Shown here in pieces: positions 1-9,057 of a DNA stretch of 34,281 nt; within the stretch, counting starts at the first letter, position 1, and the number at the start of each line of letters is the position of its first letter. The position numbers were made by a program, and so were the translations under genes. The stretch is taken from contig CBDVDH010000043.1 of assembly GCA_965372715.1 (NCBI GenBank), positions 1 to 34,281 on the forward strand, in the 5' to 3' direction. The stretch comes from an uncultured bacterium. GTDB taxonomy: Bacteria; B130-G9. The notes below the pieces were generated by a model. The model did no database searches, was not told the origin of the DNA, and saw nothing but the letters and a program-made list of their open reading frames with translations.

Positions 1-1000
<1,000 letters not shown>

Positions 1001-1089
1001 CAAAATCTTTTGTCGTGATTTACAAACTGTTTGACGGGCTCGATCCAAACAACGCTTTGCCTGCGTTCCCGCAGGCTCCTATTCTCGCA

Positions 1090-1102
1090 ATGTCAAAGAA
1101 CA
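1090..1102 (-). promoter_or_regulatory. rrn leader boxA antitermination element
   Basis: Minus strand TGTTCTTTGACAT lies between the promoter and the 16S 5' end; it resembles the boxA consensus TGCTCTTTAACA. Confidence 0.75.
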
Positions 1103-1144
1103 ATCTGAGAGAAGTATCTCTCCCGACCTGAGTTAGGCACATAA

Positions 1145-1173
1145 ACAATAATGCTTTACGCAAGTAATGTCAA
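1145..1173 (-). promoter_or_regulatory. sigma70-type rRNA promoter
   Basis: Minus strand TTGACA (1173-1168), 17-nt spacer, TATTGT (1150-1145), pointing into boxA and the 16S gene. Confidence 0.85.
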
Positions 1174-1319
1174 GTCTTTTCTTCGAGTCGCACACCCAAT
1201 ACCTTAACCAGTTCTACGAGGCAGTTCGTCTGAAGCGCCCTCGTGCCGTTCAGCGCAGTTTGCAGCCCCAGTGGCGACAGAAGACTCCACCAAGCCGCGA
1301 AACTCCTATCAGAAGGCAC

Positions 1320-1348
1320 TTGACATGGCGCCGGCATCTCAGGAGAAT
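1320..1348 (+). promoter_or_regulatory. putative sigma70 promoter for the 668-aa membrane protein
   Basis: TTGACA (1320-1325), 17 nt, GAGAAT (1343-1348), about 40 nt upstream of ATG 1387, which has a GAGGAAGG RBS. Confidence 0.45.
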
Positions 1349-1386
1349 GGATTCTAACCTTATTCTGACTCGAAGAGGAAGGCGCC

Positions 1387-3393
1387 ATGTGCAACAGGAT
1401 GGTCTTGTTTTACAGGTTGGGAATAATCCTGAGCCTGGTGATCTTGCTTCTCCTATGCGTAATCCAGTCCGATCTTCTCGGACTGCCGGACGATGACAGG
1501 TTCATTGGTTTTCGATATTCCCTCAACTTCGCGGAGGGAAACGGACTTGTCTATAACGTCGGCGAGCGCGTAGAGGGTTACACAGCCTTTCTGTGGGTCC
1601 TGATCATCGGACTGCTGATGAAGGTCGGCTTCGACCCAACGCGGTACTCTCAGTTCCTCTCCCTAGCGTCTGCTGCTGCAATTGTATTGATCGTCGCCAG
1701 GGCCGGGAAGAGAGCACCCGACGGTCGAAATCGCCCATTGCTGCTTGCTCTTCTTCCGGTTTTTCTGCTCGTCTTGTGCAACAAGTTCGTCTTCTGGGCA
1801 GGCGCAGGAGCAGACATAGTATCCTACACCCTGTTAATCTTGCTCGCGTCCGACGCGCGAATCCGGGAGACCCGGGAGCCGGCCCGATTCCCTTTCTCAT
1901 CGGTGCTCTTGGCGTTGCTGGGGCTCGCAAGATTCGACGGGGTGTCAATGTATGTCTTTTTCTTGATCCACAGCGTTTTACTTGCATTGCTTACCGATGA
2001 AAAGCGGCCGAAGTTGAGGTCGCTTCTGGCCCTGGAGGGCAGGAGGCTTGCGGTCTTTGCCTCGATATATCTGCCCTATTTTATATGGCGAGTGACCTAC
2101 TACGGCGGCCTTGTGCCAAATACGTTCCACGCAAAGACCCAGTTCTCCAGCGGTCTCAAAGCACAGCTGAGCTCGGGGATTGGATACACTTATGCCTTCT
2201 TTGTATCGACCGGTGGATTGCTCCTTGTCGTGGGTATCGCCTCGCTATTCAGTAAGAAGCTCAGGACAACATCCTCGCTTCGCGCAGTCCTAGTCGTGGG
2301 GCAGACTTTGTTTGCCATTGCAGTCGGGGGCGATCACATGGCGTTCTCACGGTTCTTCGTGCCCGTCCTGCCCCAGCTGTTTCTGCTGATGGCCGACGGG
2401 GCACAGGCTATACGGTTGCGTTCGTCGGAGTTGAGGCCGCGTGTTCGCGCGGTCGTCACAGTGGTCCTCGCAGCCGTCCTGGCCTGGCCGGTGGTCAATT
2501 TCGTCTTCAGGCCGTTCGATACACCGCCTCTTTTGCGAACGACCTTGTGGCTAAACCGGGCCAGTCTCCTGGACGCCGTGAGAGAATATCGGCGAGGAGG
2601 GCCGGTTGGCTGCTCACACGAGGCCTCCGGCGCCAGAGCCATAGGCCTTGGGCTACGTAAGATGGCCCATTCCGACGCCACACTGGCCACTCACGCCGCC
2701 GGAATCGCTCCCTATTACTCGGGGCTTTACGCAATCGACATGGGCGGGCTGTCGGACCCTCACATTGCTCATTCGCCGGTTCGGTCGCCGGAGACGTTCC
2801 ACCCGGGGCATATAAAATCCGATCCTGAATTCGTGCTCTCAACGCAGCCGACCTACATATCTCTTGCTCTGAACGCGTTCTCATTCTCAGAGATGACCAG
2901 GGAGTACTCGAAGTTCTACAAACCGTATGAGCCTTCCGGGCCATTGTCCAGCTGCTATATCAGGGTCGAGGACAGATTCGTTGACCTTGGACCGGGTGAC
3001 AGCCCAGTGCATTTGCGAAGCGGTTGGGGCCCTCCAGCACCAGCACCTACCGAGGGTGCCAGAGAAGTCCTGCCCGGCGGAGCCCACCTAGATGTCTATC
3101 TTCACAAACCACAGCAAAGAACTATCAGGATTCGCGCGAGGTCATTATCACCAGCTCTCGGGGCAGAGCTCGTCCTGGTCATCAACGGCAGATGCGCCGG
3201 CCTCATGAATGTGTCTGACGGATTTGAGGAACACAGCGTCAAATGCCAGGCCGACCTCTTCAAGTTCGGCGTCAATCACATCTCGCTCTGGCGCGCCCCG
3301 GGCAAATCCTGCCTCATTGACTGGCTGAAGATCGAGGGCATGACGGCAGTCCCAAGCGAGTCACCAAGCGGGAGCGTGTCCTTGACGCGATAG
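1387..3393 (+). CDS. polytopic GT-C-type membrane glycosyltransferase (AftB/PMT-like) with C-terminal extracytoplasmic beta-rich domain
   Basis: DDDRFIGFRYSLNFAEGNGLVYNVGERVEGYT follows TM1; also ARFDG, YYGGLVPNTFHAK, GGDHMAFSRFFVP, AAGIAPYYS and IDMGGLSD motifs and many hydrophobic segments. Confidence 0.8.
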   Translation: MCNRMVLFYRLGIILSLVILLLLCVIQSDLLGLPDDDRFIGFRYSLNFAEGNGLVYNVGERVEGYTAFLWVLIIGLLMKVGFDPTRYSQFLSLASAAAIVLIVARAGKRAPDGRNRPLLLALLPVFLLVLCNKFVFWAGAGADIVSYTLLILLASDARIRETREPARFPFSSVLLALLGLARFDGVSMYVFFLIHSVLLALLTDEKRPKLRSLLALEGRRLAVFASIYLPYFIWRVTYYGGLVPNTFHAKTQFSSGLKAQLSSGIGYTYAFFVSTGGLLLVVGIASLFSKKLRTTSSLRAVLVVGQTLFAIAVGGDHMAFSRFFVPVLPQLFLLMADGAQAIRLRSSELRPRVRAVVTVVLAAVLAWPVVNFVFRPFDTPPLLRTTLWLNRASLLDAVREYRRGGPVGCSHEASGARAIGLGLRKMAHSDATLATHAAGIAPYYSGLYAIDMGGLSDPHIAHSPVRSPETFHPGHIKSDPEFVLSTQPTYISLALNAFSFSEMTREYSKFYKPYEPSGPLSSCYIRVEDRFVDLGPGDSPVHLRSGWGPPAPAPTEGAREVLPGGAHLDVYLHKPQQRTIRIRARSLSPALGAELVLVINGRCAGLMNVSDGFEEHSVKCQADLFKFGVNHISLWRAPGKSCLIDWLKIEGMTAVPSESPSGSVSLTR

Positions 3394-3394
3394 T

Positions 3395-3452
3395 CCGTAT
3401 TATTCATAAACTCGCGATGCCATGAGGTGTGGGGCGGGCTTTCCAGCCTGCC
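3395..3452. repeat. IS-end-like 16-mer (CCGTATTATTCATAAA, 3395-3410) plus REP-like 27-mer GGTGTGGGGCGGGCTTTCCAGCCTGCC (3426-3452)
   Basis: The 27-mer is the exact reverse complement of 21135-21161. The 16-mer matches 20719-20734 at 14/16. Confidence 0.7.
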
Positions 3453-3492
3453 TTTTGTAGCGATTGCCGCATTCCTGGGACGCGACACTCTG

Positions 3493-3822
3493 TCACGCGA
3501 GACCCTCCTCTATATCTGAGTAAGTAACGACCGGTTGGCTGCCGGAGGTGGCGAAGACATCGACGCCGTCGTTGGCCCAGACAATAGAGTTCTCAATCGT
3601 AGGGTCGCTGTCCGAGCTACAGTAAATCCCTCCGACCCCAGCTCGGCAGAGGTTTCCGGTCAACGTGCAATTGATCAACGTGGGCGAGCTCCTCTGAATG
3701 CAGGCTATCGCGCCGCCAGTATCGGCCGAGTTGCCAGTCATCAGATTGTTCTTGAGATGGGGAGAGGCGGTCTGATTGCACCGTATCCCGCCGGCGAGCG
3801 CGAAGTAATGTCGGTCCATCAA
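3493..3822 (-). pseudogene. fragment of a right-handed parallel beta-helix (pectin-lyase-like) protein
   Basis: GG(A)IxC...SPxLxNxxxxGN units repeat about three times and end in NSIVWAND...VTYSDIEEG. There is no signal peptide, an in-frame TGA lies immediately upstream, and the ORF ends near repeat DNA. Confidence 0.65.
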
Positions 3823-3987
3823 TCAGAACGGGCCGGTCTGAGACCGCGCCTTTAAGCGGCAGCAATACCCAGTCGCGTCCGGCGGAGCCCCGGCCTCTGT
3901 TTAAGCGTTCCACCTTTGCATTCCCGCGACGGAGGCTATATCCTTACCAAAATCGCTTCGGACAGAATTGATAAGGAGACCCTTTGT

Positions 3988-4527
3988 ATGGCTTTTTACC
4001 ATGAGCTACGCGCTGTGCTCCCTGAGATTGACTTGATAGAAGACACATCGCTGAGTCGAAAGACGCAAGCTGCTTGGCAGATCGCGCTCAGGGCCGCGGG
4101 GATCACCGCTGATGACATGAACGAGATGCCGTTCTCGCTCCTCGCGAAAGGGTGCGGGATCACTCTGGCGGAGCATATTGGGGCCGTGACCAGGTCCGCG
4201 CTGGCTCTGGCGGACCAGATGGCCTCATCTTATGGGGACCGCGTGAAGATCGACCGGGACCTTGTCGCAGCGGGCGGGCTAGTGCACGACATTGGGAAGG
4301 TGCTGGAGTATGAGAAGACCGATGATGGCTACCAGAAGGGCTATTACGGGAAAATGCTGCGGCATCCGTTTTCGGGCGTCTGGATATGCTCGCAGGCCGG
4401 GCTTCCGGTCGAGGTGATGCACATCGTTGCGGTGCACTCGAAGGAAGGCGATGGCGGCCACCGCAGCGTCGAGGCGAGCATCGTCTTCCATTGTGATTTT
4501 GCGAATTTCGAACCATTTAGGGATTGA
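3988..4527 (+). CDS. HD-domain (HDIG) metal-dependent phosphohydrolase
   Basis: EHIGAV...VHDIGK...RHPFSG...HIVAVHSKEG...FHCD. AAGGAG RBS precedes ATG 3988; the ORF-track start at 3916 is probably too long. Confidence 0.85.
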   Translation: MAFYHELRAVLPEIDLIEDTSLSRKTQAAWQIALRAAGITADDMNEMPFSLLAKGCGITLAEHIGAVTRSALALADQMASSYGDRVKIDRDLVAAGGLVHDIGKVLEYEKTDDGYQKGYYGKMLRHPFSGVWICSQAGLPVEVMHIVAVHSKEGDGGHRSVEASIVFHCDFANFEPFRD

Positions 4528-4532
4528 CGCCA

Positions 4533-5648
4533 ATGACGACGAGAAGACTTCGGGTGGCAGTGATATTCGGCGGCAGATCGGTCGAACACGAGGTCTCGAT
4601 TGTCTCGGCCAGATCGTTCGTAGGCGCAATGCCGAAGGACAAGTATGAGCCTGTGCTAATCGGCGTGGACACGAAGGGTCAATGGCTGCTTCTGGGCGAT
4701 GATTTTAAGGACGTCGGAGAGCGACTCCTGCCCGATTCTGGCAAGGCGCTCAGCCTTCTGACTGACGGTTCGGAGGACCTGCTATCACAAGCGAAGGCAA
4801 TAGACAGAATGCGGGGCAGTCGAATGGGCCCGATAGACGTAATTGTCCCGATGGTTCACGGGAGTTTTGGCGAGGACGGCTGCATTCAGGGCCTCTGCGA
4901 GCTCGCGGACGTGCCTTATGCCGGCGCAGGCGTGCTCGGCTCGGCTCTTGGCATGGATAAGATAACCATGAAGCGGCTCTTCATGGCCGAGGGCATTCCC
5001 GTTCTCAAGTTCGTCGCGGTCGCCAAATCGGAGTGGGAGAGGCAGCCGAAGCGCGTCAAGAGCAGGATTAGGGCCAGAATCGGCTACCCGTGCTTCGTGA
5101 AGCCATCTAATTCGGGCTCGAGCGTCGGGATAACAAAGGTGCACGAGGCAAAGGAGCTGACCGACGCGCTGAACGCAGCGGCCGAATGCGACAGGAGGAT
5201 CATCGTCGAAAAGGCGGTTGAGGCGCGCGAGCTGGAGTGCAGCGTTCTTGGCAACGACGAGCCGCTCGCCTCGGTCGTGGGAGAGGTGGTCCCCTGCAAC
5301 GAGTTCTACGACTACGCCGCCAAATACGTTGACGATGCATCCGAGCTGATAATCCCGGCCAAGATCTCAGAACGCACCTCGCACAACATCAGGAACTGCG
5401 CCGTCCGTGCCTTCAGGCTGCTCGACATAAGCGGCATGGCGCGGGTGGATTTCCTCATGGACAAGGCCACAAAGCGGGTCTATCTGAGCGAGCTGAACAC
5501 GGTCCCCGGCTTTACGAGCATCAGCATGTATCCCAAGCTCTGGGAGGCGTCCGGCCTTTCCTATCCGAACCTCGTTGACCGACTGATAGAGCTCGCGCTT
5601 GAGCGCCACCGCGAGAAGTCCGGCAGGCGGTTCGATTATGGAGGGTGA
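4533..5648 (+). CDS. ddl: D-alanine--D-alanine ligase
   Basis: FGGRSVEHEVS, HGSFGEDGCIQG, MDK, KPSNSGSSVG, EFYDYAAKY, RVDF and ELNTVPGFT motifs. The start could be TTG 4524 or ATG 4533. Confidence 0.97.
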   Translation: MTTRRLRVAVIFGGRSVEHEVSIVSARSFVGAMPKDKYEPVLIGVDTKGQWLLLGDDFKDVGERLLPDSGKALSLLTDGSEDLLSQAKAIDRMRGSRMGPIDVIVPMVHGSFGEDGCIQGLCELADVPYAGAGVLGSALGMDKITMKRLFMAEGIPVLKFVAVAKSEWERQPKRVKSRIRARIGYPCFVKPSNSGSSVGITKVHEAKELTDALNAAAECDRRIIVEKAVEARELECSVLGNDEPLASVVGEVVPCNEFYDYAAKYVDDASELIIPAKISERTSHNIRNCAVRAFRLLDISGMARVDFLMDKATKRVYLSELNTVPGFTSISMYPKLWEASGLSYPNLVDRLIELALERHREKSGRRFDYGG

Positions 5649-5650
5649 GG

Positions 5651-5902
5651 ATGACCGCTGAGTATGCTGATTGCTTCTACTGCGGCGGGTTAGTGAAGGA
5701 GCAAAACGTTACAAGGGAGATCAGGTGGGACGGCCAGCTGATCGTTTTTGAGAACGTTCCAACGGGGGTATGCACTCAATGCGGAGAGAAGGTGCTGAAG
5801 CCCCAGGTTGCCAAGTCAATCGATGCTGCTATTGAGGCGAAGAAGAAACCCTCCAAAATGCTAGAAGTCCCCGTGTATGAATATGGGACCGTAGGCGCTT
5901 AG
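5651..5902 (+). CDS. YgiT-type (MqsA N-terminal-like) zinc-finger protein
   Basis: CFYCGG...IVFENVPTGVCTQCGE...VPVYEY; two CxxC pairs in about 83 aa, no HTH. Confidence 0.85.
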   Translation: MTAEYADCFYCGGLVKEQNVTREIRWDGQLIVFENVPTGVCTQCGEKVLKPQVAKSIDAAIEAKKKPSKMLEVPVYEYGTVGA

Positions 5903-6016
5903 TGGGGCTAGATTCAGAACTATCTGAAGCCTCCGTGCCCCTTCTTCATGCCAGCGGTGGGAGCTATTGAGGGGAGGTTGATCACAGCCCGCGTGGCACG
6001 GTAGGCAAGAGCAAGC

Positions 6017-8629
6017 TCAGTTCTTCTCCCGTCGCTTCAGGTCCGTGATCTTGACCCCGAAGCAGAGAGCGGGATCTACATCGATCTTGAATGGCTCGTT
6101 GATCCCGAATCGCACCATCGGCTCTCCATCATCCCGCGTGTATTCCTCCACCTTGATGTTCTGGAGAGGTTCTTCGACAATCGTCAGTGAGCCCACCCGC
6201 TTCTTAGGGAAGAAGACGGCGTCGATGTCTGCGCCCAACATCTCCTGATTCATAAGGCGCTTGAATGAATCACGCACAGATGTCCAATGTTGCAGTTTAT
6301 CGATCGTCGCGTCAGTTCGCTCCTGACGACTCAGATCGAAGATGAGGTGGAATACTGCTGTCTCCAGATCTATGTGTGGGCAGGTCACGAATTCTGTCGT
6401 TCCCAGAGCTGCCTCTAGACGCTTGACCTCGGCCGCCCAGGCGTATGCCAGCTCATTGAGCTTGCATTGGATTGTGGGTTCGCGTTTTGGCGCTGCTCCG
6501 GCTATTTCCTCCAAGAAACCTTGCAGCATGGCAGAAGCGATCTTCTCCCCCACATACTCGCCAGGGTCCATCATATAGCCTCGATGCGGATCAACTTCAT
6601 CACCGACCAAAAACCGCCTCTCAACCTCCATGCCCCACGGGATGCGGAAATAACTCGGTCCGAAGTCTGACATCTGGGCGTCCTGACCAACCTGCGCGAC
6701 GTCGCGGACATCCTTTAGCGCCTCGGCGAATCCGTTCCGGATACCGCGAAGATACGGCGGCACCTTAATGATAGGGGCCTTCGCAACGGCATCTCTGACG
6801 AGTTTTTCCTGCTGCGCGACTTTTCCCTTCATCATGGCTTTTAGCCGTTTGATCGAGTTCACAATCTCTTCCTCGCTGTCGAGAATGCCGTTGCGAACGA
6901 GAATGCGCGCGACTTCTTTCCCCTCCTCCCTGTCAAACATGCCAAGTCCTTCATTCAAAGCTCGTTGATTCTCGCGGATTGCTGATGGCTTAGCCATTCG
7001 CTCAGCCGGCCACATGCCCCGAGTGTCGAGAACAACTCGCAAGACTGCCCAGAACATGGGGAAGTAGAGGCTCTTGGGTTCGCGATGCACGCCGGGCACT
7101 CTGTCCCAATTAACATGTGGGATCTTCAGGGCCTTAGTCAGCACATCTTCGAGAAATGACTCCTTCAGTTCAGTCAAAGCATTGACCTCTAGCCTTATTG
7201 CGTCGCAAAGCATTTCCAAATAGTCAGCGAGAACTTGTGAGCCTTTGCCCTCCTGAAGGGCCTGATAGAGAGCATGTCCTCCGACATCGAAGAATCCTGC
7301 CCATGTTCTTTCTATCGTTTGAATCAGGTTTGCGTGCTCTTCTGTCTTGCCGAAAGCCAAAAGCCTGTCGCCGGAATAGCCTCCGGTATCTTGCCAGTGC
7401 TTCATTAACGGCTTATTTGGCCAGTCAAACTGTTCTAGCCCGGCTCTGCCGAGCAGAAGGCCGCGAGCCGGCAACATATCTCGGACATCGATACACCAAT
7501 GCAGAAACAGAGTGATATTAGTTAGCAACTGACAGGCTGTTTGAGTCAGGGTCTCCTTCCAGTCTTTATAGATCATTAGGTTTCTCAACTCGTTGGCCCA
7601 CCGGACAGATGCTTCTCTAACGGCGAATAACGCACTTTCACGATGGACCCTTCGCATATAATGAAAGACCCATGCCAGCTCTTCTCCCCACGACCGGAGC
7701 ACGCCTTGATTGGCAAGATCGCGCAGCACGCCGAGTCCAGGCTCTATCCACCAACTTGAGATTCGATGGGCTAGCTCCGGATTCTTCAGTTTAGAGCCGG
7801 CTTGAATGCCGGCAATCTGCGCACAATTAAGATCGGCCGCGGATATCATAAAATACCCAGCCCGAACGTGATTTTCTGCAAAATCTCTCACGAAGCTATG
7901 TTGTTCCGTCGTGCTTCGCTCTGACAGCAATTGTCTTATCTGGTGAGTTCTCTCCAGGGCTTTCTGGATTACGTCGTGCAAGATTGGACTGCAATCCTTG
8001 ACGACAAATGGGTCTCGGTCGGCTATGGCGGAATTCGCTAGGTCGGTGAAGACCGACAGGTAGCGCGATTCAAGCACCAGGTCCTTCTGCTGCTCGAACG
8101 AAATGTTCTGAAGAGCCGTCAGCCGGCGCTCTAATCGCTGAAGGAGGCCCTTCAGCTTCAGCAGCCTGGTGACCCGCCAACAGACCCAAGCGAGAATGCC
8201 TGCACAAGCAAGTGCCCCAATGAGCGAAGAGAAGCAGCCAGCGTGGAGAAACTTCTGTGAAACCGGCCACAGTTGCTTTTGGAAAGCCAGAAAGATGAGG
8301 GAGTGGATGATTGTCACCAGATATGCGGCGAGCAAAGTAAGGACAACCGGGTCTGATATCGCGAGCCTGGCGGCCCTTTTTGAAAACGTTGCTGACGTCA
8401 TCTGAAAGCCGACAAGCAGCACCGCGAACGACACGCCGATCAATGCTGCTAGTGTTTGCGGGATTGCACTAAGAAGATAGTGCGAGGCCTGGCCGACAGG
8501 CCAGCTGCATTCTGCACGCCATATGCCGACATCCAGACCAGCGAGTCCAAGCGACCCGAGTCCGAGCACAGCAAAGAAGAACTTCCATTGCTCACTCTCG
8601 ACAACCGACCAGCGTCTCAGCAGCTTCAT
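6017..8629 (-). CDS. large hypothetical membrane protein: N-terminal DUF2254-like TM bundle, helical middle region, C-terminal possible HK97/encapsulin-like domain
   Basis: Long uninterrupted ORF (883 aa from GTG 8668, about 870 aa from ATG 8629). It has about 4 TM segments including QTLAALIGVSFAVLLVGFQMTSATFSKR, typical of DUF2254-like proteins. Sampled lines at 7501-7620 are 43-47% GC versus about 63% at 9541-9600. Confidence 0.8.
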   Translation of the reverse strand: MKLLRRWSVVESEQWKFFFAVLGLGSLGLAGLDVGIWRAECSWPVGQASHYLLSAIPQTLAALIGVSFAVLLVGFQMTSATFSKRAARLAISDPVVLTLLAAYLVTIIHSLIFLAFQKQLWPVSQKFLHAGCFSSLIGALACAGILAWVCWRVTRLLKLKGLLQRLERRLTALQNISFEQQKDLVLESRYLSVFTDLANSAIADRDPFVVKDCSPILHDVIQKALERTHQIRQLLSERSTTEQHSFVRDFAENHVRAGYFMISAADLNCAQIAGIQAGSKLKNPELAHRISSWWIEPGLGVLRDLANQGVLRSWGEELAWVFHYMRRVHRESALFAVREASVRWANELRNLMIYKDWKETLTQTACQLLTNITLFLHWCIDVRDMLPARGLLLGRAGLEQFDWPNKPLMKHWQDTGGYSGDRLLAFGKTEEHANLIQTIERTWAGFFDVGGHALYQALQEGKGSQVLADYLEMLCDAIRLEVNALTELKESFLEDVLTKALKIPHVNWDRVPGVHREPKSLYFPMFWAVLRVVLDTRGMWPAERMAKPSAIRENQRALNEGLGMFDREEGKEVARILVRNGILDSEEEIVNSIKRLKAMMKGKVAQQEKLVRDAVAKAPIIKVPPYLRGIRNGFAEALKDVRDVAQVGQDAQMSDFGPSYFRIPWGMEVERRFLVGDEVDPHRGYMMDPGEYVGEKIASAMLQGFLEEIAGAAPKREPTIQCKLNELAYAWAAEVKRLEAALGTTEFVTCPHIDLETAVFHLIFDLSRQERTDATIDKLQHWTSVRDSFKRLMNQEMLGADIDAVFFPKKRVGSLTIVEEPLQNIKVEEYTRDDGEPMVRFGINEPFKIDVDPALCFGVKITDLKRREKN

Positions 8630-8814
8630 CGTGCCGATCTCACCCAATTGCGAGTACACCACACCCACTGGAGAAGAGTTGTGAATTTCTCCCCTTCCTT
8701 GATCAAGTGAGGTCGCGTCGAAATGACTGCTTTCCTGATAACTGCCACAGCAAGGAACAAGAAGAGCAGACCGACGAGTATGTAGAATAGGCTGATGATT
8801 GCGTCAAGACTCAT
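8626..8814 (-). CDS. small single-TM hypothetical protein (62 aa), stop overlaps start of the downstream gene
   Basis: MSLDAIISLFYILVGLLFLFLAVAVIRKAVI is a clean TM helix followed by positive residues. Its TGA (8628-8626) overlaps ATG 8629 in an ATGA arrangement. Confidence 0.5.
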   Translation of the reverse strand: MSLDAIISLFYILVGLLFLFLAVAVIRKAVISTRPHLIKEGEKFTTLLQWVWCTRNWVRSAR

Positions 8815-9057
8815 TTCGCAGTTCCGCGTCGTTTTGCACGTTTTCAGTAGATGATTGTTGTCTTGAAGACAGTACAGAATAAGCGCGCGAATGGCAAGAC
8901 GCGTGACGTTTGGCCTCAAGGTCAGTGGGTCATCGCCGCCGCAGACAGTCAAAGACAAGCCCTTGCGGACGCTCATCTGCGAAAAGAATTGAAGGCGCTG
9001 TGGGCCTGTTATACTCTCCGCTCACGTTAGTCGTCCTTTCACACAGAGGTTACGAAT

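Noticed and set aside
3823-3825. TGA read-through (selenocysteine or alternative code) extending the beta-helix fragment
   Set aside because: The upstream frame does not continue the repeat pattern, and TGA serves as an ordinary stop at the expected ends of ddl, valS, lolA and accA.
4533-5648. D-Ala-D-Lac (vancomycin-resistance-type) ligase
   Set aside because: The omega loop has the Tyr-type YDYAAKY of D-Ala-D-Ala ligases, and no vanH or vanX neighbours are present.
6017-8976. Prophage or integrative element around the capsid-like gene
   Set aside because: No integrase, terminase, portal, tRNA or flanking direct repeats were seen. The capsid-like region is fused to a membrane protein rather than being a stand-alone structural gene.
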